DNA from: Octopus sinensis
Lineage: Eukaryota
DNA length: 64,000 bases
Reading direction: 5' to 3'
Assembly (NCBI RefSeq): GCF_006345805.1
Contig: NC_043012.1
Span: forward strand, 58,714,001 to 58,778,000
Part shown: piece by piece, positions 38,143-50,800 of the stretch
Layout: the number at the start of each line of letters is the position of its first letter
How positions within the stretch are numbered: the first letter of the stretch is position 1
Program-made: the position numbers and the translations under genes
The notes under the pieces: model-generated
The model's input: the letters and a program-made list of their open reading frames with translations, nothing else
Database searches by the model: none
What the model was told of the DNA's origin: nothing

Positions 38143-38364
38143 TATTAAAGGAATATGAGAAAGACAGGATATAAAGCATGATTTATTTGTGATCAAAGGT
38201 GTTGGAAAACCGAGGTACTACTACTACTACTATTACTACTACTACTACTGCTTCTACTACTACTACTACTACTACTATATATCTATATATATACAGATGT
38301 GTATATATACCTGAGAGAAGAGAGGTAAAGGGAAGGAGTGAGAATATGTCTGCATAGATAGATG

Positions 38365-38367
38365 GAT

Positions 38368-38418
<51 letters not shown>

Positions 38419-38441
38419 ATAGATACATAGATAGATAGATG

Positions 38442-38518
<77 letters not shown>
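38365..38518. repeat. (TAGA)n microsatellite
   Basis: Direct repeats visible. Confidence 0.95.
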
Positions 38519-38522
<4 letters not shown>

Positions 38523-39479
38523 ATATATATATTTGTTCAATATAATAAATATGCAAGACTAATATTTTCACAAAGCACTGATTTGTTGCGAGTAATAGCA
38601 TATTTCCTTTATTCAAATAACCACATCTATCGAAAAGACACATGTGATGTTGCAACATTCAAGCCATTCTTTGAGAGCTTTAGTATTTGAAACGATAACT
38701 AGAATCAGTTTCATGTAGAAGTAAATCCTCCGGAGATTATCTCTAGCTTATGCCAATTTTGATGAGTAATTTTAATAACATATTACGGATGCAGAGAAGT
38801 TTAGGTAGGAATATAGTTTACATAACATCACGCTTTCTGTTATTATTTACACATTATTTAGTTTTATTCCGTTTGAGGTTTTACACAATACGCGGTTTAT
38901 TATACAAGGCAAGTTTGCAGCAGATGAAACCCGAAGGGGGTAGCAGACCAATAATCTATCGAATATATCAAATTAAAAATTGCATTAAAATCAATCCTGT
39001 TCGAATAGTGGCGATGTTATATTACAATGACTAAGATTGCTCCCGAGATAGAATCGGTTTGCATTGCTAATCAGGTTTCTTTCCTTCTCCCTGATGGTAA
39101 ATTTGAATATACATAATTGCATCTTAATTATATTTACTTCCAGTGGGAGGGTTCGCTAAACTAGAACCGCACAACAACAAACGTTAAACTTATTTGGTAT
39201 CAATATTTTGTTTTGTTTCCTTTTGTTTTCCATGGTCGTTTTATTTATTTTATTTGTTCATTCCAGTATATATTTTACTTATTTGTTTCTTGTTTGTTTT
39301 CGCTTTCCTTCTCTCTTACTCTATCTCTCTCTCTCTCTCTCTCTCTCTTTATACACACGTACACACACACGTAAGTATATGCCTATATATACGAATGTAT
39401 GTATGGTGTATGTATATGTACATATTATATATAAGTGTGTCTGCGCGTGTGTATCTTTATCTATCTATCAGTTACTCTC

Positions 39480-39537
39480 TCTATATATATTTATATATGT
39501 ATGTATATATATATTTTGATATATATATGAATATTTG

Positions 39538-39571
<34 letters not shown>

Positions 39572-39694
39572 CATATATATTGTATATATGTATATATAAA
39601 TATGTATATAAATATCTGTATATTTGTATATATATATATATGTATGTATATATGTATATATACATATATATGTGTATATATTTATACAAATATG

Positions 39695-39788
<94 letters not shown>

Positions 39789-39845
39789 ATATATATATAT
39801 ATATATACATATATAGATATATGTACACACATATATACGTACATT
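39480..39845. repeat. (TA)n/(TATG)n array
   Basis: Direct repeats visible. Confidence 0.95.
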
Positions 39846-40679
39846 TACTCACACACACGCACATATTGAAGAGAAGAATCGTAAATCAGACTGTGAAATT
39901 ATTGTCTGTTTAAATATATATTAAACTTGTTTCACTTAAAGACTATAATTACCCAGTTATCAGATACTACTAGTAGCCTGCATATATTACACATAACACT
40001 TCAAATATGCACATTGGCAAACCCATATTACACAGAAACACTGTTTGAGCAAATGCTGTACATAACCATTAGCCGCAGATTCTCTTTTGAAAATGCATCA
40101 ATAAAAATCGGAATTTATTGCTAATTTGAGAAATAGAGAAAAACTTATTTTAAACAAGGCCTAATGAAGCGATACTCTCTTATTGAGCTAGCAAATGTCT
40201 CTACTCCACCAACCCATATCACCCGACTCTGAAATTGCTGTTTGCTACTGAAAATTTCTTACATATTTTTTTTTCTTTTATTAACACTTTCTGCGTTAAT
40301 ATTGATTTTTATCAAAGAATCATTGTTGTGTGATTTTAAAATTTTATTTTATTTATTTATTTATTTATTTATTCATTTATTTATTTATTTGTTGATGAGT
40401 AATCTAGTTGACGAAATAATCAATCATAGTGTATTACTAGTACTTATACGATCGATCCAATGGACATAGGCCTCTGGCTGGTAGATTGGCTTGCTTGAAG
40501 TAACCGCTAAATCTCATTCAAATTGTGTCCTATATGTTTGAAATTTAACATAGAAAAGGAATATATATTGTACCCAGAGTTTTAAATATAATGTCTAAAA
40601 AGCCAATAGAATACCTGGATAATTATGGTCAATAAACACTGGATCAGGCTACGTTAATTTCGTGGTAAACATCAACGTT

Positions 40680-40900
40680 GCTTTCAAGTTTTTGCACAAA
40701 GCCAGCAATTGCGGCTGAGGGGTTATGTCAACCTCATCGACACCCCCCCCCCAGTTCTCAACTGGTGCTTACTTCGTTTACACGTGAAAGGGCGAAAAGC
40801 AAAGTCAGCTTCAGCGAAATTTGGATTCAAGTGTAACCGGACGAAATGTCATTAAGCATTGTTGGCAGATGTGCTAAAGACTCCGAAAGCTCGCCACCTT
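40680..40900 (-). mobile_element. Degenerate SINE family A
   Basis: gcacaaagccagcaa...caactggtgcttac...ggacgaaatgtc...agctcgccacctt. Confidence 0.65.
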
Positions 40901-40945
40901 AATGGTGAAGACGGATATCAACTGGTATAAATGTAATTATTTTAA

Positions 40946-41180
40946 GGCGGCGAGCTGGCAGAAATGTTAGCACGCCAGGCGAAATGCCTAGCCGCATTTC
41001 GTCTGCCGCTACGTTCTGCGTTCAAATTCCGCCGAGGTGGACTTTGCCTTTCATCCTTTCGGGGTCGATTAAATAAGTACCAGTTACGCACTGGGGTCGA
41101 TATAATCGACTTAATCCGTTTGTCTGTACTTCTTTGTCCCCTCTGTGTTTGGCCCCTTGTGGGTAGTAAAGAAATAGGTA
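40946..41180 (+). mobile_element. Full-length SINE family A
   Basis: ggcggcgagctggcagaaatgttagcacgcc...gtagtaaagaaataggtat. Confidence 0.9.
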
Positions 41181-42061
41181 TAAATGTTATCTAATCTCAG
41201 TGAGATAATATTAAGACATTGATCCTGCTGTGTTTTCAAAATCACAAACTAAACATAAGCTACGTGTATATTAAATATAAACAAACAGTTGTTTAAATTT
41301 GCTTGTTTGTTTGTTTTAAGCTTTGGAATATGCATCGCAAAATATGAATAAGATGATAATTCATGTTCAAACAACAGAAACACCATTAAAACAGCAAAAA
41401 TATTGGGTAAATTACTGTTACAACGCGGAAAATTTGTCGACAAACAGCCATGTTGACAAATTCTTCCGCTTTTTGAGGGGGTATTTTACCGAATATTTCT
41501 GCTGTTCTAGCAGCGTTTCTTTGTTCGAAAATATATTATCATCTTATTTGTATGTTTCAATACACATAAGCTGCCACCCTTAAACCATTAGAAAGATCCA
41601 CTATTTTACAATCATTTGCACCAGTTCTCTAGGTTGTGAATGTTTTTTTCTCCTTCCTCTTTAGCGATTAAGGAACACTTTATGACGTGCCATGACTATG
41701 CTGTTTAAAATAATAATAATGGCTATGCCGTTTAAAGTAATAATATTAACACTAACCCTTTCTAAAGAGCAGAAGACCTTAATTTCTGTAGTTGGGAAGC
41801 TTCTCGATTATATCCACCTGAGTACGGCGCCCTAGCCATTGTGCCAGCTTGCCGAATTTACTGGATTATAATGTATACACAAGGACAGTAATATGGAGGT
41901 CGGAGGTTAGTTGATAGCATTAGCACCAGTACTTCCGTGGTCCTTTAGTTTTATCAGCCGCAAAAGGATGCAGAGCAAATTTGAATTTGGAGGGATTTTA
42001 ACTCATTAAAATAATGTTCTGGAGTGATACACTATTTTAGCGGTGATTTGGCAGAATAATT

Positions 42062-42354
42062 AGTGTTCGGTTGTGTCTGGGGAGAGCCATTTTCTTTTCG
42101 TGCCTTATAATTTAACACACTCACCGGTAAAATTTCCACTTATTTCTTATTTTTATTTTCCTAAAATTTTCGTTGCGTCTTGCAACCTTTTCAATAGTCT
42201 TGACTATAAAATAAGGCTTTTGAAAAGGTTGCAAGACGCATCGAAAATTTTAGGAAAATAAAAATAAGAAATAAGTGGAAATTTTACCGGTGAGTGTGTT
42301 AAATTATAAAGCACGAAAAGAAAATGACTCTCCCCAGACACAACAGAATACACT
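42062..42354. mobile_element. Long inverted repeat (arms about 42062-42201 and 42213-42354, 11-nt spacer) with a hammerhead-like core in each arm
   Basis: Arms differ by only a few substitutions; each carries TTGAAAA G GTTGC-AAGAC-GCA(A/T)C GAAA ATTTTA. Confidence 0.85.
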
Positions 42355-42658
42355 TCAACACACTAACTTCTATAAAGAATCTTGCAATCCAAATCACAAA
42401 ACGAAATTATTGGTGTTCAGTTTTGCAGCATTTTTTTCGGTGCCCTGCAATCTAAGTTTCAAATAAATCACTGTCATTGAAAAACGTTCAGACATCCGTC
42501 TGAAGTTGCGCTTTCACAATAAAGTTGTCTACTTGAAAAGATAATTTCTAGAGAATGTCTAGAGTGGAAATATGGACTGTTAGAAAATGCTCATAGATGA
42601 AACAAATATCGACAAAAGGGAAGGAAAACGTGAGTTTGGGGTTACATGAATATATGTA

Positions 42659-43070
42659 GGCAAGCAGGCAGAAACGTTCGCGCACTGGCCGAAATGCTTA
42701 ACAGTATTTCGTCTGCCGTTACGTTCAGAGTTCAAATTCTGCCGAGGTCGACATTGCCTTTCATCTTTTCGGGGTCGATTAAATAAGTACCAGTTACGTA
42801 CTGGAGTCGATATAATCGACTTAATCCGTTTGTCTGTCCTTGTTTGTCCCCCTGTGTTTAGCCCCTTGTGGGTAGTAAAGAAATAGGTATTTCGTCTGCC
42901 GCTACGTTCTGAGTTCAAATTCCGCCGAGGTCGACTTTGCCTTTCATCCCTTCGGAAACGATAAATTAAGTAACAGTTACGCACTGGGGTCGATGTAATC
43001 GACTTAATCCGTTTGTCTGTCCTTGTTTGTCCCCTCTATGTTTAGCCCCTTGTGGGCAATAAAAAAAATA
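42659..43070 (+). mobile_element. SINE family A head-to-tail dimer; second unit lacks the head, period about 183 bp
   Basis: Junction aagaaata|ggtatttcgtctgcc at 42885/42886. Confidence 0.85.
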
Positions 43071-43871
43071 TGAATATATGTAGCTAAAATCTTAGTTTCA
43101 CAAACACACAATTCTGTATTAGACCTATGATGAGGAACATTGAATAATTGAACTCTTGCACATGTTTCATTTAACAAAGTCTTGCGATACGCACACACAA
43201 ACACACACACACACACACACAGACACACACACACATATACATATATATATATGGATATGCGTATGTAAAGTGTATGGTCGAATAACTCTGTGTGTGTCTT
43301 TGTATGTATGCGTGTGTATTTGTATGCATCTATGCATATATTAATATATACGTAAAACTATGTATGTAAAGTATGTATGTGTATTTGTTAAAACAAAATG
43401 TATGTATGTCTATGTATGCGTGTGCGTAGCGTACAAAGGTGTAGGAGAGAAGATCAAAACAGCACTCAATGCCTCTGAAGAGTGTTGGTTGCTTATGGTT
43501 ATTGCAGCTGGTATCTCATATCTAGTTCCTTATCACCAAACTTGATACGAAAAGCACCTTGTATCCTGTTAGATCATCGGGACACAAGAAATTTGAATAA
43601 CTAGAAGTGAGGGGACGTACCAGCTGCAATAAGCGTATACATACACATACGTACATGCATATATACACACACATAAAAATATATATATAAATATTATATA
43701 TATATATATATATATATGGTGTGTGGGTGTGTGTATATGTATATATATATATTATATATATATATATGATAATAATAAAGGGTAAAATTTATTAATTAAC
43801 TAGTAATTAATAATTCACCAAGTAGAATTCGGCATGAAAAAGGACCATTTTTCGGTAAACTTAAACAATAA

Positions 43872-44096
43872 TTTATAATTACGTGTATAATTATTATTAG
43901 GGTTCAGCAAATATTTGCTTTACCACATACCGAAGCCACATACCGAAGTTTAGAAATAGCAGCCAAAGAATCTTGGCTATTTTTTCTTATAGTAGAAGAA
44001 ATAGCTACGGTTCTTTGGCTGTTATTTCTAAACTTTTGTATGTGGTAAAGCAAATCTTTGTTGAACCCTAATTATAATTATACTCGTAATTATAAA
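43872..44096. repeat. Imperfect foldback palindrome (about 105-120-bp arms, 6-nt loop)
   Basis: tttataattacgtgtataatta...tagggttcagcaaatatttgctttaccacatac...agaaatagcagccaaagaa mirrored on the right; the left arm carries a 13-bp tandem duplication (ccacataccgaag). Confidence 0.85.
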
Positions 44097-44105
44097 ATAT
44101 TGTTA

Positions 44106-44144
<39 letters not shown>

Positions 44145-44263
44145 TGTATGCATATAATTATACAGCGATACCGACATGCACACACACATAAATGTATATA
44201 AAGATATGTGTATGTGTCGCCGACATATACTTGTTTAAAAGTTATGTACAACGTCAAGAACCA

Positions 44264-44640
44264 GCGCTGGAGTGGCTGTGTGGTAAGTAGCTTGCCAACC
44301 AACCACATGGTTCTGGGTTCAGTCCCACTGCGTGGCATCTTGGGCAAGTGTCTTCTGCTATAGCCTCGGGCCGACCAATGCCTTGTGAGTGGCTTTGGTA
44401 GACGGAAACTGAACGAAGTCTGTCGTATATATGTGTATATGTGTATGTTTGTGTATATGTTTGTGTGTCTGTGTTTGTCCCTCTAGCATTGCTTGACAAC
44501 CGATGCTGGTGTGTTTACGTCACCGTAACTTAGCGGTTCGACAAAAGAGACCGATAAAATAAGTACTGGGCTTACAAAGAATAAGTCCCGGGGTCGATTT
44601 GCTCGACTAACGGCGGTGCTCCAGCATGGCCGCAGTCAAA
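44264..44640 (+). mobile_element. Full-length SINE family C
   Basis: ggagtggctgtgtggtaagtagc...ttgggcaagtgtcttc...ggcggtgctccagcatggccgcagtcaaa. Confidence 0.9.
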
Positions 44641-45090
44641 AAAGAGAGAAAGAGTAACCAAATCATACCACCCACCCCGCACACTGGTGCTTTCGAAAGA
44701 AGTAACGCAATAGTCTTCTCTATATTATAATCCGCTGTGATCTATAATCGTTTGTAAATTATGCCACCAGAAGTTCAGCGTTCCAGTGGTTAATTCGCAA
44801 GAATTCCGAACCCAACAGCGTTAATTGTTAACAAGATGCGATGTTAAAACAAACATTGTAAAATAAACAAATAAGCTGCAAAAGTACGACTGAAACGTGG
44901 AAGCGGTGGAGCTACGAACAAAATGCCTTGTAATAGTTAGTTGTATTAATTTACACTCTCAGTTTTAAATCTGACCGAGGTCATCTTTGTTCTCCTTTCT
45001 TTCCATGACGTGAAAATCAAGTACCAGTAATATATTTCGCTAAAATTATTCGGCTGTGAACTGATGATTGAATTAAATATTGCAATTCGT

Positions 45091-45497
45091 GGATGTGGCT
45101 GTGTGGTAAGTAGCTTGCTTATCAACTACATGGTTCCGGTTTCAGTCCTACTACGTGGAACCCTGGGCAAGTGTCTTCTACTATAGCCTCGGGCCGACCA
45201 AGGCCTTGTGAGCGGATCTGGTAGACGGAAACTGAAAGAAGCCCGTCGTATATATGTATATGTATATATATATATGCGTGTGTGTGTTTGTGTGTCTGTG
45301 TTTCTCCCCCCAACATCGCTTGACAACCGATGCTGGTGTGTTTACGTCCCCGTAACTTAGCGGTTCGGCAAAAGAGACCGATAGAATAAGTACTAGGCTT
45401 ACAAAGAATAAGTCCTATGGCCGATTTGATCGACTAAAGGCGGTGCTCCATCATGGCCGCAGTCAAATAACTGAAACAAGTAAATGAATAAAAGAGA
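45091..45497 (+). mobile_element. Full-length SINE family C
   Basis: Same motifs as the 44264 copy, plus the 3' end ctgaaacaagtaaatgaataaaagag. Confidence 0.9.
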
Positions 45498-45704
45498 TAA
45501 AGTTCGGCTTGAATATAGTAATGACTCTTTTACGTCATATTAATTTAGAAACTTCATGAGGGCATGAAACAATACTTGTTTCTCAACAGAGGAACTCGAA
45601 GTACACAAGGCTATAAACAATAGCGTGAAACTATTGGGTTTAAAAAATCGTTTTGCATAGAAAAATCCAAGGCGTAACCAAACCCTCTCCGTTATTACCA
45701 ATAT

Positions 45705-45870
45705 AGACACCAGGCCTAACATTTCAGTATCGATGGAATTAGTCGGTCCAGTGCTCAGCTGGTACTTTATTTTATTTATCCTGAAAGGAAATCAAAAGTA
45801 AAGTTGACTGCGATAGCATTTAAACTCAGAACATATAACACTGCAAAAGAAATGCCGATAAGAACTTTTT
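45705..45870 (-). mobile_element. Degenerate SINE family A fragment
   Basis: ccagtgctcagctggtacttta...aaactcagaac...gaaatgccgataag. Confidence 0.55.
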
Positions 45871-46134
45871 TTACGGCTGACAATTCGCCGACTTTGATAT
45901 TTTATCTGCGTAAATCACCTTCCTAAAGTTTCTCATCAATATCCACACATATATTTCATACGTTATGAATAATATAAAGCTTTACTTTCAGAAGTCTCAA
46001 GTTACTCTGGTCATTGAAAAAAAAACATTGAGAACATGTATTATGATGACACATGGACGTCGGGGAAATATGCATCACATGACATAACAAGACATGCAAA
46101 GGGTTAAGACTTCTATTGTTATTGAACAGGCCAA

Positions 46135-46324
46135 GGCAGTGAGGTGACCGACCGAGTCATTAGTACGCCGGGCGAAATCGTTCACGTTATTTCGTCTGCG
46201 CTACGTTCTGAGTACAAATATGCTTTTCCTCCTATCGGGGTCGATAAATTAAGTACCAGTGAAGCACTGGGATCAATGTGATCGACTAGTCACCCACAAA
46301 TTTCAGGCCGTGTGCCTATAGTAG
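46135..46324 (+). mobile_element. SINE family A whose tail is interrupted by a SINE B insertion
   Basis: ttagtacgccgggcgaaat...ggggtcgataaattaagtaccagt...tttcaggccgtgtgcctatagtag. Confidence 0.75.
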
Positions 46325-46621
46325 TTGCTTGTTGCTTCTCGAGCCATGCCTGGATCATAAGGGCCGGTTTCCCGGTTTCCTTGGCGTATAGGTTCTCCAC
46401 CTGGACAGGCCACCGGTCCGTCGCAGAAGAGCTGCAAGATGCAGGAGGAAAGAGTGAGAGAAAGTTGTGGCGAAAGAATCAGCAGAAATTCGCCCTTACC
46501 TTCGGCCGGAGCCGCGTGGAACTTAGGTATTTCGCCTTTAAACACAGACATCGCCCAGTCTGAGATTCGAACCCGCGATCCCTCGACCACTGCTCTAACC
46601 ACTACGCCATTTGCCTCCACA
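46325..46621 (-). mobile_element. SINE family B (V-like 3' half) with a 14-bp TSD
   Basis: TSD tgtgcctatag(t/c)ag at 46311-46324 and 46622-46635; head reverse complement gtggaggcaaatggcgtagtggttagagc. Confidence 0.85.
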
Positions 46622-48974
46622 TGTGCCTATAGCAGAGAGGATTATTAATGAACAGGTAAAGATGAGACGCAGTGACATCTGAACTTAGAACAACGAATAT
46701 CAAACCTACAAAAAATGGTATAATAATGCATTTTGACCGGCACTTTACCGTTACAGCCGTTCAGTAGAATTCTCGCTCACTCTCTGCCAATATAGCTGTT
46801 CTAATGGATTAATTATTCTTTTGCTTAGTTTTGGCACATTACCTACACCTCGTATAAAAGCCTGAAAATTGTCTTGAAATAGTTGGCAAGCAACATTATT
46901 TGGAAATATTCCTGAAACTAATTAAAGCAAATGATATTTGAGGTGAAGATAATATTCCTCGTCTTGACTGAACAAGCGAACATCTACATCCATGCATACA
47001 TTAATGCACACACACACACCACACACAGAGAGACAAGCACACACACATACGTATATACATAGACGAGTATGTGTATATATTATATGTATACATATATATT
47101 ACGCACGCATACACACACAGGCATATGTATATGTCTATGTATAACTATATTGTATTTAGTCATAGAGAACGATATATTTAAGAAACACCTGTGCACGTAT
47201 ATCATATTCATATCTATTATGCACATGTGTATATTTGTACAGGTGCATGTTCGTTTTATAAATGCTAAAATAAATATACGATTACCACGTGTCTACAAAT
47301 ATTGTAGTACTAAGTTCCTGAGAATTTGATACCCAGAGGGCGGAAATCCCTAGTCCATAGTACGTAACTTTCCACCTAGTTGAGTTTGATATAAAACAAT
47401 GTAATGTTTGTGAATACATTTTGCTTTTTCTGTTTCTCCGTAATGGTTTCTGAGAATCCGGTGTATCAGATAACAATAGGACTTTTATGTGACTGATGGA
47501 CTTGCAGGAAATAAGTGTTAAAATCTAAATCACATCAAACTCTACGACCTTTCAAGAGGAGAACTTATATCTGATATATAATACTAAACACAATATCTGA
47601 AAAAAAATACAACAAAAAAATGATGTCTACAGCTGAAATTTATCTATTACAATGCTGCGCCTCAGGACACTCTTGGAACCAAACAACACATTCTTGAACA
47701 ACATCAATAATAACGTCAATGACAGCACCAACAACAACGTTAAGAACTGCATAATTAGTAGAATTTATTTATTGTTAGCCTCTGAGGAATACACTTCAGT
47801 GATTTATCGCATAAATATGTTAATTTATCATAAGTCTTCATAATAATTCGCTTCTCATTATTTCGGAATGGACGAAGGCTTATACGCTCTACCGATAAGA
47901 TATAATTAGACGGAAACATGTTTGAAGTTGTCTCCCGCACTTATATGTCCGCCAACATGTATTACCCCTCACAGCATTGGGAACATTAGAATACATACTA
48001 TACGAACTTATTAAAATTTTGCACTGTTTTTGTCATGACATGCTTGGAATATTTATTTCTCTTTAGAAGATCCCGAATTCTCTTTCTTTCCAGTAAGTGA
48101 AATCTAATATTGTAAAGTTCATAAATTACTTTGAAGCTATTAAAGGGTTTATGAAGATAAGTGGCAGAGACACTAATGAGGAATAATGCAGTGTTTAGTT
48201 TAATATACTCGACCTCTTCGTATAAGTACAATTCTCACAGCGTGGCGTATAAGTATATATTGCTAAAATAAAAGGGTACCATTTAGTTAATAGCTGCTAA
48301 CAACCCTGCCATCAGATATTCTTAAACCGAATCCTTTATCTACTGTAAACCGAGATTGTGTCCCAAAAGCAACGTTGTTTTCATTTTTGTTTATTTCTTT
48401 TCAGTTACCTTATCTTTATATACAGTAATAAAATTCACAGTGCATGAAGAATGAATTTAGATAATTCAGAGTTTTATCTTGCTCTGCTTGTAGTCAACGA
48501 TATGTTTGTTTCATTTCTTATCCTTTGCCAAACTAAAAAGCTTGTTTTGCTCATAATCATACTATCGCTGTTCATCAACAACAAACAAACCGTTTATTAA
48601 TGCTTTCATGCAACGGGTGGTGGTTGGCAGAGTCGCTAGAGAAATAACCAAAATGCTGTGATTTCTTCCTTAACTCAAGCCATACGGCAATCGACTTTTA
48701 ATTATATTTCCCTATTTTCACTCTACGATCGAATTCGCCGAAGTTTAAGAATAGTAAAACAGGTGGAGAGACGATGAGTCCCTATACCCTGTCTCTTTGT
48801 ATTCGGTTTCGTATCCTTCTGGATTAAAAGATAAACATACAGGTCAAGTATAGGTAATACGTATTACCTAACATGGTATAATTTTGGCGTTATGTTTCTG
48901 CTAGATTTGTTTCTTTGTACCATGGGAGCGTATTTGCAGAGTATACAGAATCGGTAATGATTGACTGGCGGAGA

Positions 48975-49070
<96 letters not shown>

Positions 49071-49073
49071 TAT

Positions 49074-49163
49074 GTGTCTTAGGCAAGTCTCTTCTACTAT
49101 AGCATCGGACTCACCAAAGACGTGTGAGTGGATTTATTTCGTAGAAAGAAACTGAAACTCATC

Positions 49164-49217
<54 letters not shown>

Positions 49218-49430
49218 CTGTGTCTGTGTGTGTGTTTGTTCCTCCACTATCACTTGACAACGGATGTTGGTGTGTTTACGTCCCCGTAATTTAGCAGTTC
49301 GGCAAAAGAACCCAGTATAATAAGTACTAGGTTTACAAAGAATAAGTCCTGGGGTAGATTTCTTTGACTAAAGGCGGTGCTCCTGCATGGGCGCAGTCAA
49401 ATGACTGAAACAAGTAAAAGAGTAAAAGAG
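49074..49430 (+). mobile_element. 5'-truncated SINE family C
   Basis: ggcaagtcttctactatagc...ggtgtgtttacgtccccgtaa...gcagtcaaatgactgaaacaagtaaaagag. Confidence 0.85.
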
Positions 49431-49911
49431 TAGAATATGAATGTATGTATGTTATATATGTGTGTGTGTATGAACGTATGTATATGTTATATATGTGTGT
49501 GTGTATATATGTATATATGTATAAATATAAATATATATTATGTACATATATATATATATTATGTATATATATATATATATATATACGTATGCATGTATGT
49601 ACGTATGTTTATTTATTAATATTTAGCAGAATCAAGTGATTGCCTCAAAGTGCCAGAGTTTCGTGCTTTTGCACTTATCAAGTATTCCTATTTCAAAATA
49701 TCATTATTTGGTTTGCCTTCACTATTACATTTTATGCGACTCGGCACCAATGCTGATTAGTCGGCGCAGACTTGATTCATGCGGAAGCTTTAAAAACGAT
49801 TTGGTGTAGTATTCTATATCCGACTCGAGTTGAAACTTCTGGCTCCGTGCGCCGCTTCTCAACGTATCACGAAATAGCTATATTGTATACACATGTGCGA
49901 GCGTGCCTGTG

Positions 49912-49942
<31 letters not shown>

Positions 49943-50474
49943 TACGGAATACCTCAAGGGCCAAGTGTTTCGAGTGTTGAGGCTTACATAATAGTTTCAA
50001 ATCAATGTGTCATACATTTGTAAACCAGAGGTAATGGTATTTCCCAGTATCTTTCAGGAAAAGTCTGCACTGCAACTACTGTCGTTTATTAGTTGAAAAA
50101 AAAATCTTATAACGCCATGAATTTTTCTGCAAGCATGATCTACCTATATATATATATATATATTTAATTTAAAGAAGTGATTTAAAATTCTCGAACGCAG
50201 TATAATGCTAATAATATAGCCTGAACAGGAAAAGCTACCCTATTTCGCGGAAAAAAGAGTTGGCGCCCCAAGACACATAATCACGGAGGTGTGTGTTCGT
50301 GTCTTATAGCCGGCCCCCAGTACTTTTTAAGCAAAATAGGGGTAGTTTATCCTGTTTAGCCTATATTATTAGCACTATCCTGCGTTTGAAAATTTAAAAT
50401 CACTTCTTTAACCTTCTAAGACATCTTCTAAAGTAAACACCGCTTGTTTGCTTACGTTCATCGTAATTTGAAGT

Positions 50475-50486
50475 TATAATAATAAT

Positions 50487-50526
<40 letters not shown>

Positions 50527-50576
50527 TAATAATAATAATTATAATAACAACAACAACAATAATAATAATATTAATG

Positions 50577-50633
<57 letters not shown>
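50475..50633. repeat. (AAT)n microsatellite
   Basis: Direct repeats visible. Confidence 0.95.
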
Positions 50634-50636
<3 letters not shown>

Positions 50637-50800
50637 CATTAAGGATTTATACTAAGTCGTCAGCGCGGAAATAAAACCTCATAGGTACATTTTATAAATA
50701 ATTAAAAACAAGGATTTGTCATGGGCCTCACCACGCACAACGAGTGGTGAGGCACAAGCCAAACTGTTGTTATAATTATAAATATATATATATATATACA

